Positions 17,822 to 28,027 of a stretch of DNA of 60,152 nucleotides are shown here, one piece after another (within the stretch, counting starts at the first letter, position 1; each line of letters opens with the position of its first letter). Under the pieces are notes generated by a model that saw only the letters and a list, made by a program, of their open reading frames with translations, was not told where the DNA came from and made no database searches. This DNA comes from a virus (lineage: Duplodnaviria; Heunggongvirae; Uroviricota; Caudoviricetes). The stretch lies in IMG/VR virus record IMGVR_UViG_3300034355_001008, one strand, 5' to 3'. A program made the position numbers and the translations under genes.

Positions 17822-19080
17822 TTTAAAGTATTTTCAGCCCAAGCACGAACAAATTCTAAACGTTCTTGCTCTGGAGTTTCTAAGAAAGATTCTTTAGTGT
17901 AATTTTTTTGTATATGTTCACACAAAGAATAATATTCTTCATCAAAGTTTTGTTTATAATTACCACTAAAAATCAATTCTAATCTTTTAGTTCTAGCAAT
18001 AAACTTTGATGTTAAATAATATGGGGTTTTAAGTTTTAAAACAGTATCACTATCCAAATCATAAACAACATAGCCTTCTCGTTTGTAAGTTTTAACTTGT
18101 TCTAATATGTCATAAAACGAACCAGTAACAATATCTGGGCGCATTACACTCCATTTTTTAGCAATTCCATTTAATAGTTTTTGATTAACTTGTTTAGAAC
18201 CTTTAACTTTTTCGCGGCAACCAATTAAATATGCGCCAAAATTTTCTTTAATAATATGTGGATCATTTACATGTACAATTTCAAAACAAAATGTGTAGTC
18301 TTTATATAATTTAAGAATCTTTGACATTTTAGCTAATGGCAACATTTCTTTAGCCATTTCAATAAAATCGCTAGACAATGAACCAGTAGTAGAAACTAAA
18401 GGTTCATCATTGTACCAAGTAACAGCAGCCATAAAGCCATTAATTTTATCAATAGCCATAATTTTATGATCAAGTGGAATAGTTGTACCATTTTCTTTGT
18501 AATTAAAAATTTTAGTAAATGGATATTGTATGACGTTATCATCTTTGTCAGTAACTAAACCACGAGCATCAACTAAATCTGGATGCATGTTCCATAAATT
18601 ATCATAAAATACTTTGCGTTTGTATTTGTGTACAATTAAACCATTTTGTTCTTTTTTAGCTACAAAATCTTCGTAACGAATATCAGGTGCCAATTTAATT
18701 TCAAATCGATCAGTCATTTTTTTAATTGTTTCTGGAGAAACGCCATGGATATTTTCATTGCCGTGGCGATTTTCTACTATTAAACACGTTACTTGATAAT
18801 CATGTTCTTTGGCCATGTTAAAATATGGTTGCATTTCCCACTCTTGTGTGAACGTATTGTGGACAGCAATGTTATCAATAAATGGAGATTGTAGTGCGCG
18901 GTTAACTTCTGCTTGACACCACGCGTGACCAGCTTTAGATTTTTCTGGAGTCCAGTTATAATTACCATCTGCATCTGTGTGAAAATCATCAGCGGAAACA
19001 GCAAGGTTAACGTTTAATGATTTAATTAACGTAGATTTACCTGCGCCTGGAACGCCACGAATTAAAAATAACATTTTCAT
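17818..19080 (-). CDS. Polynucleotide kinase (AAA_33) fused to Rnl1-like RNA ligase
   Basis: Start MKMLF at 19080; GVPGAGKS P-loop; YPFTKIFNY, KINGF, FEIV, REGYV ligase motifs. Confidence 0.82.
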   Translation of the reverse strand: MKMLFLIRGVPGAGKSTLIKSLNVNLAVSADDFHTDADGNYNWTPEKSKAGHAWCQAEVNRALQSPFIDNIAVHNTFTQEWEMQPYFNMAKEHDYQVTCLIVENRHGNENIHGVSPETIKKMTDRFEIKLAPDIRYEDFVAKKEQNGLIVHKYKRKVFYDNLWNMHPDLVDARGLVTDKDDNVIQYPFTKIFNYKENGTTIPLDHKIMAIDKINGFMAAVTWYNDEPLVSTTGSLSSDFIEMAKEMLPLAKMSKILKLYKDYTFCFEIVHVNDPHIIKENFGAYLIGCREKVKGSKQVNQKLLNGIAKKWSVMRPDIVTGSFYDILEQVKTYKREGYVVYDLDSDTVLKLKTPYYLTSKFIARTKRLELIFSGNYKQNFDEEYYSLCEHIQKNYTKESFLETPEQERLEFVRAWAENTLN

Positions 19081-19093
19081 AATATAATTTCTC

Positions 19094-19728
19094 TTAACAA
19101 TTATTTGTATCAATACCTAAATAATTTTGATACCGTGTTTCTTTACCGCTTTCGCTATATTCTTTTTTTACCCAAAACCCAGCATAATCTTCGGTAAATA
19201 TACAATTTCCCTTATCGTCATATTCTTTACGCCACCAAAAACCTCTATCCATAGCTGCATAGAAAATAACATTCCCATATTTATCGCACTCAGTAATTAC
19301 TTCATTCATTTTAACTCCTTAAAAGTTCTACCTTTCGTAAAAAATTTTAATGGTTTTTTAAAGGTAATAACTTCAGTGGTTCCATTTTTAATATAACCAA
19401 TCATTTTAAATTTATCATTTGTTAGAAAATACGTGTGTAAAATATGCTCAGGAAAAGACTTGGTTGTTTCTAATACAGTAATCATAATATCCTCCAATTA
19501 GTATAAGTTATTATACTATACCAGAAATTTAATGTCAAGCATTTTTTATTTAAAATCTGCAGATACAATTAAAGATCTCCGATTATCATATTCAACAACA
19601 GCAATCGTTTTATTATTATCAGATAGATAAGTAACGGTATTCATATATCCGAAATATTTACCTTTCCAACCTCTATCTGTTAATTTTTTTTGCAAATCAA
19701 AATCAGAAAATTTAGTAGATTTTAACAT
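19094..19728 (-). CDS. Three small hypothetical ORFs (19094-19309, 19306-19497, 19546-19728)
   Basis: ORF track; co-oriented and closely packed. Confidence 0.55.
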
Positions 19729-20114
19729 TACGACTCCATTAAAATGACATAGACGATAACAAGATATGTTAAATAATGTAAATACTGATCACACCCTAAT
19801 TGAACCCAAAACTTTTTATCTGATACATCTGATAAACCGTAATGCGCTTTAAAATAATCAATAATATAATGAACGTTAATTTCAATGTATACAATTATGA
19901 ATAAAAGAATTGGATCTACAAATGGAAGTAATACTACGCCTGTCGCAAGACCTTGTTTGATACTATGTTTTGCTCCAGTAAAATTTCCAAATATACCTTT
20001 ACATTTTACTTCTTCGTATGTTTGATTGATAAAATCTATATAGAAATGTTTAGTAAACAAGAGAAAAAAACATATAAAAATTATATTATATTGATGCATT
20101 ATAAACTTTCCCAA
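19728..20114 (-). CDS. DUF3307-like membrane protein
   Basis: KHFYIDF...HYIIDYFK...FWVQLGCDQYLH. Confidence 0.7.
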   Translation of the reverse strand: MGKFIMHQYNIIFICFFLLFTKHFYIDFINQTYEEVKCKGIFGNFTGAKHSIKQGLATGVVLLPFVDPILLFIIVYIEINVHYIIDYFKAHYGLSDVSDKKFWVQLGCDQYLHYLTYLVIVYVILMES

Positions 20115-20323
20115 TCAACCCATTTTGTTAATTCAATATTAACTGCTTCGTGCGTAATATTACCATTATTATCATAACTTTCTGGAATATACACTGTAAT
20201 CCCATTTACTGCTGCACCAAAATCATACATTTCAACAGAAACATCAAGTTCTGCTGAATAACGTTTAAGCAGCTTTTTTAAATCTTGTTTAAATAGTTTT
20301 TCAATTATTTCAGTTTTTTCCAT
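20099..20323 (-). CDS. Hypothetical protein
   Basis: ORF track; GGAG-like RBS absent, AGGT present. Confidence 0.5.
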   Translation of the reverse strand: MEKTEIIEKLFKQDLKKLLKRYSAELDVSVEMYDFGAAVNGITVYIPESYDNNGNITHEAVNIELTKWVDWESL

Positions 20324-20342
20324 AGTACAACCTAAATTTAAT

Positions 20343-20393
20343 TATAAATAGTTGTAGATCGCGGGTTCCGACGCCCCATCTACTCTAAACATT
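20343..20393 (+). promoter_or_regulatory. Late promoter plus conserved structured leader, copy B
   Basis: TATAAATA; GTAGAT-CGC-GGGT-loop-GCCC-C-ATCTAC-TCTAAACATT. Confidence 0.8.
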
Positions 20394-20419
20394 TCGTACA
20401 ATATTCATGGAGAACATTA

Positions 20420-21253
20420 ATGTCCAGCACAAATACTTATATAAAACAAAAATCTTTTTACGTTTACGCTTATCTTAGATCAAAAGATTCAAAAACAGCT
20501 AAAGCAGGAACTCCGTATTACATCGGAAAAGGATCCGGTAATAGAGCATACGCAAAGCACGAAAAAATAAACTTACCAAAAGATAAATCTTTAATTTTTA
20601 TACTAGAATCAAATCTTACTGAAACTGGAGCTTTTGCTATTGAACGAAGATTAATTCGCTGGCATGGCAGAAAAGATTTAGGAACTGGAATTCTTTTAAA
20701 TCGAACAGATGGCGGCGAAGGAACTTCTGGAAAAAAAATGACAAATTTAAATAAAATAAAATTAAAACAAGGTTTGTTATTAGCTAAAAATAACCCAACA
20801 TCAAATTATAATAGCATTAAATCTAGAAAAAAACGATCAGAAGCAGCCAAAAAAATATGGAAAAACCCGCAATATAAACTAACAAAATCAAATAAAACTA
20901 AAAAACAATGGACAAATATTGAATATCGCAATTTTATGATAAAAAGTCAAACAGAATATTGGGGAAAACAAGATTCTAGAATTCTACAATCAAATAGAAT
21001 TAAAAAACAATGGGAAGACACAAATTTTAAAATTTTACAATCAAATAAAACTAAAAAACAATGGAAAGACCCAAATTTTAAAAATAAAGTAGAAAAACGT
21101 TTTATTATAATCGAACCTTCCGGAACAACATATTGCATACAAAATTTATGCTCTTTCTGTCAAGAAAATAATTTACGATATACATGCATGTCTAACGTCG
21201 CGCACAAAAGAGCTGCTCACCACAAAAAATGGAGATGTGAATTAATTCCATAA
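20420..21253 (+). CDS. GIY-YIG-like homing endonuclease
   Basis: N-terminus strongly resembles 12033..12749 ([26 protein letters not shown]); KKQW repeats. Confidence 0.85.
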   Translation: MSSTNTYIKQKSFYVYAYLRSKDSKTAKAGTPYYIGKGSGNRAYAKHEKINLPKDKSLIFILESNLTETGAFAIERRLIRWHGRKDLGTGILLNRTDGGEGTSGKKMTNLNKIKLKQGLLLAKNNPTSNYNSIKSRKKRSEAAKKIWKNPQYKLTKSNKTKKQWTNIEYRNFMIKSQTEYWGKQDSRILQSNRIKKQWEDTNFKILQSNKTKKQWKDPNFKNKVEKRFIIIEPSGTTYCIQNLCSFCQENNLRYTCMSNVAHKRAAHHKKWRCELIP

Positions 21254-21308
21254 GCCACCAAAAAATAAAAGGTGCCATAAAATAAGGCAACTAAAATAAA
21301 TTGCAATT

Positions 21309-21644
21309 TTAAAAAATAAAAGTTGCATCTTCCATGAAATACGCTTTTTCTTTAACATCATCGCTAACGTCGCTAAGATATAATCCCGAATATTTATTCC
21401 CTGAAATTAACTCTTTAAGATTATCTTTTAAAAATTTAGATGCAAATTGTGGATAATCTAATTCTTCTTTTTTGTCAATTTTATACATATATTCAACACA
21501 ACGCTCAATTCTTGATGCTTCTGATTGAATACTATCGTTGTTAAAAGGTTTATCTAATTTTTTTAATCTACCGAATGCAACTACAGTAAATGCTTGTTCT
21601 AATCCATCAACTGATGGTCTTTTAATTTCTGCTGTTTTTTTCAT
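21309..21644 (-). CDS. Hypothetical protein
   Basis: 111-aa ORF with AGGA RBS. Confidence 0.6.
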   Translation of the reverse strand: MKKTAEIKRPSVDGLEQAFTVVAFGRLKKLDKPFNNDSIQSEASRIERCVEYMYKIDKKEELDYPQFASKFLKDNLKELISGNKYSGLYLSDVSDDVKEKAYFMEDATFIF

Positions 21645-21755
21645 GATATATTCCTAGGCTTTATTGATTTTGTGTTTAAAATGATAGACTGTCAACCAAA
21701 CTGTTGATGCTATTAAAATACCAGATATGATTGCTATTAAAATCATATAATCACC

Positions 21756-22298
21756 TTATCGTTTACCAGCTGAAGATAACCGACTCATATTCATACTAGA
21801 ACTAGGTCTGCTAATAGGAGCTGATGGTTTGTATGAATTGGTAGAATTAAATTTACTTGTATCCATGTAATTTGTTTTGGGGGCAGCGGCTACTGAAGCA
21901 GGAGCAACTTGATTAATTGTAACATTTTTAGTAACATTAGTTACAGTTCGCGAACTAGAACCGTAATCGTGATTATAACTAGGAGCTGAATTATTAGAAG
22001 AATTTCCTGAGCTACCAATAGCATGACCAATTAATCCACCAACTAACATATTAGTCATAGTATTATCATGTTGTTGCTGTACTACTACTGGTTGTTGTGC
22101 AGCAGGTTGTTGAATAACCACCGGAGCTTGCGCTTGAACAGGTTGTTGCGCTTGTTGTTGAATTTGCTGCTGTTGATTTTGTAAGATTTGTTGTTGTTGC
22201 GCAAGAATTTGTTGGGTTTGTTTTTTAGCCTTTTCTTCTTCGCTTTCGCCACAAGCAACAAGACTTAAAATAGCTAATGCTAAAATCATTTTTTTCAT
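21756..22298 (-). CDS. Q-rich low-complexity lipoprotein
   Basis: Lipobox LVAC; poly-Q tract; LVGGLIGHAIG glycine zipper. Confidence 0.75.
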   Translation of the reverse strand: MKKMILALAILSLVACGESEEEKAKKQTQQILAQQQQILQNQQQQIQQQAQQPVQAQAPVVIQQPAAQQPVVVQQQHDNTMTNMLVGGLIGHAIGSSGNSSNNSAPSYNHDYGSSSRTVTNVTKNVTINQVAPASVAAAPKTNYMDTSKFNSTNSYKPSAPISRPSSSMNMSRLSSAGKR

Positions 22299-22549
22299 TA
22301 TATAATTCCTCAATAAGTTTAAAGTTACGGTACAGTTATATTATACTAGATTAGACATATTATGTCAAGCACTTTTTAAATATTTATTTTTTGTGCATAT
22401 GAAATTAAGTGGAGAATTCCCGCTGCAGCGAATAAACCACAAATAGAAACGATAGCAAAACTAAAAATTAATCCCACGATATAATACACAACATATAACA
22501 TTGTTTGAGATGATTCTTTCATAAAAATTCCATAAATTTTATGTACAAA

Positions 22550-22571
22550 AAAAGCCTGCGAACAGGCTTTT
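22550..22571. terminator. Intrinsic terminator
   Basis: AAAAGCCTG-CGAA-CAGGCTTTT with flanking A/T runs. Confidence 0.8.
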
Positions 22572-22587
22572 CTTAATTATCCCAAAA

Positions 22588-23604
22588 TTAAATTTCAGGG
22601 AAAGTTCTATCGTCTACAGCATCAGTTGTAATTGAACCAATAGCAACTAATGTTTCGTATTGAACGCGACCTGAACGACCACCAGTTCCTACAGTTTTCT
22701 TAACCCAGCCAGCGTGAGCACCTTGTGATTCTGCTGATGTACCAATACCTAAGATCGCTGTAGCAGTAGCTGCTTCGGCAGTTGTTAATGTTAATTTATG
22801 TGCAGCACCAACACCAACACCAGTAATATCAAGTTGAGTACCTAAAGTTGCATTAGATGCACTTGTAGCAAGAGCAATTGTATTAGCTGAAGAATTAATA
22901 ATATAATATGTATTTCCGCTAGTCAAACCAACAACAGATGTTCCACCGCCATCAGAATAAACAGCTGCGTCACCAGTAACAAATAAATGACCTGGAGCAT
23001 AAGTAACAGTATTTGCAGCAGCACTTACGTTTGCGCTTGCGAAAGTAATATATGGCGAACCAATAGTAATTGCTGGAGCAGAAGCATAAGCTCCTCCAGT
23101 AGTAGTAATTGTTACACCAGAAACAGCTCCATTAGAAATAGTCGCATTAGCAGCAAGAGTACCGCTTGCAACAGAAACAGTTGGAACTTCTTTATATTTT
23201 GTTCCAGCAGTTCCAACAGAAATAGATGTTACATTAGCTCCACCGCTTGCGATTTCTGTAGTGTCAACGCCATAAGTGTTCTGCATTGCTGTATAACCAG
23301 TTTCACCATTAGTTCCACCATTTCGGTAAACATATTTTGGTTGTTCGTTAAGTTTAACTAAAGAAATCGGTAAAGTTGTATTAGAAGTTCCACCAAAAAC
23401 ATCTGATAATGTTAAATATGTGTTATTTGCAATAGCTGCAACGCGGTTTTTTGTATACAAATCTGAATGAATACCGATAATATCACCGATTTCCAAATTT
23501 GCTGTAAATAATGTTCCAGTTCCAACAACTTGTGTTGAACCATTTGTTACGTTGATGCTTGTTCCGTAAACGGTTTTAGCATCATAATTTCCCCATTCTG
23601 ACAT
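22588..23604 (-). CDS. Virion structural/fibre-like protein
   Basis: G/T/A-rich beta repeats; C-terminal HAGWVKKTVGTGGRSGRVQYETLVA seen in T4-like virion proteins; late promoter at 23640-23647. Confidence 0.7.
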   Translation of the reverse strand: MSEWGNYDAKTVYGTSINVTNGSTQVVGTGTLFTANLEIGDIIGIHSDLYTKNRVAAIANNTYLTLSDVFGGTSNTTLPISLVKLNEQPKYVYRNGGTNGETGYTAMQNTYGVDTTEIASGGANVTSISVGTAGTKYKEVPTVSVASGTLAANATISNGAVSGVTITTTGGAYASAPAITIGSPYITFASANVSAAANTVTYAPGHLFVTGDAAVYSDGGGTSVVGLTSGNTYYIINSSANTIALATSASNATLGTQLDITGVGVGAAHKLTLTTAEAATATAILGIGTSAESQGAHAGWVKKTVGTGGRSGRVQYETLVAIGSITTDAVDDRTFPEI

Positions 23605-23611
23605 TTGAATC

Positions 23612-23650
23612 TCCTATATAAAGTCTGAATTTTATTAACTATTTATAGGA
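23612..23650 (-). promoter_or_regulatory. Late promoter TATAAATA with RBS-sequestering hairpin
   Basis: TCCTATA (23650-23644) pairs with TATAGGA (23618-23612), covering most of the AGGAG RBS. Confidence 0.65.
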
Positions 23651-23663
23651 ATACAGAACTAGA

Positions 23664-23999
23664 TTATTCGGGGCAAAAATTAGCAATCCAACCATTATTT
23701 TTACTAAAAAATCTTAATACTTTTAATGGATAAACTCCATCGTATTCAAATGAGTGTTGAACTCCAGGAGCTATTTCTATATAACTTCCTGGAGCGCATT
23801 TACAAACTTTTCCATCAACAGTAAAAACTGCGCTACCTTCTAAAAATAATCGTGCTTCATAATCGTCATGTGTATGAACAGGAACATTTATAGCTGTATT
23901 TGCAGTAAATGTATCTTTATATGAAAATTTTTTAGAGAGATTCTCTATGAATTTACACAATTCAAGATTATCTCTCATATCTAAAGTTTTATGTTTCAT
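23664..23999 (-). CDS. Cupin (acireductone dioxygenase-like)
   Basis: HTHDDYEARLFLEG...PGVQHSF...RFFSKNNGW. Confidence 0.72.
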   Translation of the reverse strand: MKHKTLDMRDNLELCKFIENLSKKFSYKDTFTANTAINVPVHTHDDYEARLFLEGSAVFTVDGKVCKCAPGSYIEIAPGVQHSFEYDGVYPLKVLRFFSKNNGWIANFCPE

Positions 24000-25213
24000 T
24001 AACTTATAGAAATTTTTGGAAAATATCGAATAAATACATCATTTTCATTGTATCTAACACGTTGAATATTTGATTTAATTTCAGTAAAGAAATTCCATGC
24101 AAGTGGAACAAATGCTATTTTTTCATTTTTAAATTGTTCTAAATGATCAATACTAACAACAGGAATATGAGTTCCAGGAGTATATAAACCTTGTTTTAAA
24201 GGATTATCATCAATAATAAAATCTAATTGAATTTGACCAAAATTTAATAATGTATTACCTTTAGCAGCTGCACCATAACCAACTAATTTATATCCAGCAT
24301 TTTTACGTTTTAACAATTCAGCATTAAGATCTACAACAACTTGTTTTGCTTTTTCTGCATAAATTGTATAAGTTTCTAGGTTTTGTAATCCAAATTGTTT
24401 TTCTTGGGTTAGCATTAAATCAACTGACATTCTAGATCTAGAATGTTTATTAAATACAAACACATAACTATTGCCATGAATAGGCGTTTTAATAACTTCA
24501 ACTAATTTTAATCCAGCACGATTAGCCAATGCTCGCATACTTGTTGTATTAAAGAAACTTAAATGCTCGTGATAAATTGTATCGAATTCATTATTTACAA
24601 CCATATCAGCTTGACTTGTTTGAATAAACAAATAGCTATCGTCGTGCATAATATCTTTACAGATTTCTAAAAACTCTAACGGATAACTATTATGTGCAAA
24701 TACATTTTGAGCATTAATAATATCAATTTTAGATTTCTTTAATTGCGCAACATGCTCACGTTTTAAATAATCGCAGATAACGGTATGTTCTTTGCTGTTT
24801 AATTCATATAAATTTTCAGCTGGATCTACGCCATAAGTGGTTAAACCTAATTTCTTGAATGAATTTAATTGGCTACCATCATTACATGCAATATCTAATA
24901 CTGATTTAGCGTTTTTGCTCCAAAAAGATAATGCAAAATTAGCAAACCAATCAAAATAATCTCTTAATGTTTTAGTTGTACCGCTAACATACAAATAATT
25001 TTTAAATAATAAATCTGGATTAACTGCGTGACTTAACTGTAAATGCGTACAATCTTCGCATACATTTAATTTTAATGGAAATGTTTTTTCTGGTGCATTA
25101 ACATCAGAAACAAATTCATTTGCCATTGGTTGTTCGTTTAAATCTAAGATAAGTTTTAAATGACTTCCGCCGCAAGCCAAACATTCTGTAAGTTGTTTTA
25201 CATCTTCACTCAT
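23999..25213 (-). CDS. NDP-hexose C-methyltransferase-like
   Basis: CLACG Zn motif, DIACNDG, NVFAH, DTIYHEH, YGAAAKGNT, DDNPLKQG. Confidence 0.9.
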   Translation of the reverse strand: MSEDVKQLTECLACGGSHLKLILDLNEQPMANEFVSDVNAPEKTFPLKLNVCEDCTHLQLSHAVNPDLLFKNYLYVSGTTKTLRDYFDWFANFALSFWSKNAKSVLDIACNDGSQLNSFKKLGLTTYGVDPAENLYELNSKEHTVICDYLKREHVAQLKKSKIDIINAQNVFAHNSYPLEFLEICKDIMHDDSYLFIQTSQADMVVNNEFDTIYHEHLSFFNTTSMRALANRAGLKLVEVIKTPIHGNSYVFVFNKHSRSRMSVDLMLTQEKQFGLQNLETYTIYAEKAKQVVVDLNAELLKRKNAGYKLVGYGAAAKGNTLLNFGQIQLDFIIDDNPLKQGLYTPGTHIPVVSIDHLEQFKNEKIAFVPLAWNFFTEIKSNIQRVRYNENDVFIRYFPKISIS

Positions 25214-26133
25214 AATATTTTCTCTTTGTTGTAAATAATGGGTTTATCTCTACGACCAAAATATGATCCAGTATATTTTTCTAGCAAATTATCTAATATA
25301 GTTTCAGGCGTTTGTTTAAATTTAAAATCAAATGTATTACAAAAATATGAATTATCTAAATTAAAATCATAAACTCCCGCAGTATTTCCATTGTCAATAA
25401 TAGGAACATTTAATTTTTTAGAAACCACGTTAGCTATTTCTTCAACTGAAGAATTAAAACTAGATAAATTATATATTCCTGCTCTTGGCGAATTTATACA
25501 AACTTTAATTGCCTCGCATAAATCTTCAATACCTAAAATTGCGCGATTAATATGTTTATTTGAAACTTCAACAATAGATTTAGTCATAGCAGATCTAAAC
25601 ATACTGTTAATCATTAAATCTGTTCGTAAATTTGGAGACCAACCGTTAACAGTTCCAAATCGCAATCCAATAACTGTTTTACCGTTATCTATAGCTAATT
25701 GCGCTAATAAATCTAAAGAATATTTTGTTATATCATAATTATTTACTGGTAAGAAATTTACAGTAGATTCTTTATGCATTTCTCCAGGTTTACTATTACC
25801 ATAGATACTTGCTGAACTAGCATAAATTACCAATTGAGTGGTAACTTTTCGTAACAATTCATCAAAATTTGTTACGTTATTTAACCAAGAATTTTTAATA
25901 TCTCCATCGCAAGATTTAACGCTACTATGCCCAGCTAATACAATAATGGTTTTATAATTAGATAAAAATTCTGAAGTTAGGTCTGCATAATCTTTGCGTA
26001 TTACCGATGGATTTAAACAACCATGATGCCAACAATCATCAACAATATCGACGGTAAATTGTTCTCGCAATACTTGTTGTAATCGAGAACCAATATATCC
26101 TTCACCACCTAATATCAATACATTCATAAGCAT
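25210..26133 (-). CDS. NAD-dependent epimerase/dehydratase
   Basis: GGEGYIG, ASSASIYG, YDITK, LRFGTVNG. Confidence 0.9.
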   Translation of the reverse strand: MLMNVLILGGEGYIGSRLQQVLREQFTVDIVDDCWHHGCLNPSVIRKDYADLTSEFLSNYKTIIVLAGHSSVKSCDGDIKNSWLNNVTNFDELLRKVTTQLVIYASSASIYGNSKPGEMHKESTVNFLPVNNYDITKYSLDLLAQLAIDNGKTVIGLRFGTVNGWSPNLRTDLMINSMFRSAMTKSIVEVSNKHINRAILGIEDLCEAIKVCINSPRAGIYNLSSFNSSVEEIANVVSKKLNVPIIDNGNTAGVYDFNLDNSYFCNTFDFKFKQTPETILDNLLEKYTGSYFGRRDKPIIYNKEKIL

Positions 26134-26146
26134 CCTTTAAATAAAT

Positions 26147-26233
26147 TGGCGGAAGGTATAGGGTTCGAACCTATACGCCCATTTCTGGACGACGGATTAG
26201 CAATCCGCTCTATTACCATTCTAGCAACCTTCC
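26147..26233 (-). tRNA. tRNA-Ser(GCT)
   Basis: Cloverleaf, loop TTGCTAA, long variable arm, GGTTCGAAC, encoded CCA. Confidence 0.93.
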
Positions 26234-26238
26234 ATAAT

Positions 26239-26315
26239 TGGTGCCCTCGGCATGATTCAAACATGCAACCCCAAATTTAGAAGATTTGTGCTCTGTTCAG
26301 TTGAGCTACGAGGGC
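26239..26315 (-). tRNA. tRNA-Arg(TCT)
   Basis: Cloverleaf, loop CTTCTAA, encoded CCA; T-loop reads TTTGAAT. Confidence 0.9.
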
Positions 26316-26370
26316 GATAATATAGGCGTTTTCTGTTTTTTACATGGGGCACGCCTACCACCATAACATA

Positions 26371-26754
26371 CTAATCCCAATATTCTCTTTTGGGTTTTCG
26401 TAATAATTCAACGTCTATATCATTATCTATATAGCGTTTTATTTGACGTTTTGCATCTCTGCGATACGGTCTTTGCGAATATAAATTATGAAACCATCCA
26501 GGACCTCGATGATTCCAATAATACCGTTTTCTATCTGAATGAAATTTGGCTAATCGTTTTTTTCCTTCTTTGCTATTAGCATTAAATACTAATTCATGGC
26601 AATTTGCCATACCATAACAATTAGATTCTCTAATGTAATAATCTTCTGAATTATATAAATTTACACATAAATCCAAACGATGCGTCCATTCAGTTAAAAC
26701 ACGACTAGTTTTAATTTTCCAATTAGAATGTCTAAATCTATAAGTTTTACTCAT
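26371..26754 (-). CDS. Basic hypothetical protein
   Basis: 127-aa ORF with GGAGG RBS. Confidence 0.65.
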   Translation of the reverse strand: MSKTYRFRHSNWKIKTSRVLTEWTHRLDLCVNLYNSEDYYIRESNCYGMANCHELVFNANSKEGKKRLAKFHSDRKRYYWNHRGPGWFHNLYSQRPYRRDAKRQIKRYIDNDIDVELLRKPKREYWD

Positions 26755-26822
26755 TTTTCCTCCGTTAAGTTAAAATACTTACCGGAAGATCACCTGTTCG
26801 TTAATTTTCATAAATATCTCCT

Positions 26823-27233
26823 TTAATTTTTAGGTTGAGGATAAAATATAACTTTATTTTTGCCCATTTTTTTCGCGTAATCATGGGTATATTTAGTTCC
26901 GCTTTTTCTTTGAAACGTATCTTCTTTAGGAACAACTATTAACATATCAACAGAATCTACGATACGTCTATCTCTGGTTAAATAATTATCAGATTTTAAT
27001 ACAATATCGCTATCATGAAAAGCGCGAAGATCTTCTTTAATAGGTGGATGGCTTACAACTTTAATACCAAGATTTCTCGCCATATTCGCTACTTGCATAT
27101 CTACGCCAATACAATCCCCATGATGCAATTCAAGCTCATTATGTTTCCTTTTAAGGTGCGTAAGACCTTTTCTGATATTATTATATTGATACTCGGTCAT
27201 TCCATTGCGAGTTCCGGTAACACCTATTTTCAT
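26823..27233 (-). CDS. SLOG-superfamily (DprA/YspA-like) protein
   Basis: IGVTGTR, HHGDCIGVD, RDRRIVD, SGTKYT. Confidence 0.7.
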   Translation of the reverse strand: MKIGVTGTRNGMTEYQYNNIRKGLTHLKRKHNELELHHGDCIGVDMQVANMARNLGIKVVSHPPIKEDLRAFHDSDIVLKSDNYLTRDRRIVDSVDMLIVVPKEDTFQRKSGTKYTHDYAKKMGKNKVIFYPQPKN

Positions 27234-27248
27234 TTCTTCTCCGTAGTT

Positions 27249-27830
27249 TTATATATTTCCAATTTTACAATCTGGAAATTCTGTTAATATATCTAATAAC
27301 AATTGCTCATCCATAACTGCTATCCCTAAACCCGCGCTGTGCACAAAAAAGGCTTTAGGTGTACCAATTTGATTAAAAAATGCACCTAATTCCGGAAAAC
27401 TTATTACATCGTGCATAATAATGACTCCAGTAGGTTTAACAAATTTACTCCAATTTGTCCAATCTTCAGTTATAGCGGTATATGTATGTAATCCATCAAT
27501 ATGTAAAATATCAATTGGTTTATCCCATGTTTCTGCTACTTCTGCGAACCAACCTTTAATAACTTTTACATTATGAAAATTATGTTTCTCTTTAAAATCC
27601 ATAACAACATCATAGTTATTTACATGATGCCCAGCATGAACATCAGCCTCAAACGAATCAATACCATAAACGGTTCCAATTTTAGGTAATGCTAATGCAA
27701 ATAAACTAAAACCATAATCAACACCCAAATCAACTGTAACTTCAGGCTGAATTTTGTTAACTAACCATTCTGCAAACTTTTCGTGACCAATCCAAGCTGA
27801 TTGTAAATTGTATAATTCAGGTAAACTCAT
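27249..27830 (-). CDS. Class I SAM-dependent methyltransferase (Methyltransf_24-like)
   Basis: Likely start MSLPE at 27830; VDLGVDYGFS, IDILHIDGLHTY, IMHD. Confidence 0.85.
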   Translation of the reverse strand: MSLPELYNLQSAWIGHEKFAEWLVNKIQPEVTVDLGVDYGFSLFALALPKIGTVYGIDSFEADVHAGHHVNNYDVVMDFKEKHNFHNVKVIKGWFAEVAETWDKPIDILHIDGLHTYTAITEDWTNWSKFVKPTGVIIMHDVISFPELGAFFNQIGTPKAFFVHSAGLGIAVMDEQLLLDILTEFPDCKIGNI

Positions 27831-27841
27831 TTTATTCCTTA

Positions 27842-28018
27842 TTAGTAATCGTAATCTTCTGGATGCTTTCCAGGTTCTCCTCGATAATGAGGATTTTTCT
27901 CCCAAGTATCAAATGGACTTAAAATCCATTCAGACTCTACATCTTCTTCGCCATAAACATATGCATATTGACGCACAGCTTGTGTTAAATAATTACCGCC
28001 ATATTCATCACCAAACAT
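27842..28018 (-). CDS. 58-aa hypothetical phage protein
   Basis: Not in track; manual translation ...WILSPFDTWEKNPHYRGEPGKHPE; GAGG RBS. Confidence 0.6.
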   Translation of the reverse strand: MFGDEYGGNYLTQAVRQYAYVYGEEDVESEWILSPFDTWEKNPHYRGEPGKHPEDYDY

Positions 28019-28027
28019 ATCAATTCC

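Noticed and set aside
11950-21260. Endonuclease genes as group I intron ORFs
   Set aside because: They lie between intact genes on the opposite strand with their own promoters; no split host gene or intron core recognised.
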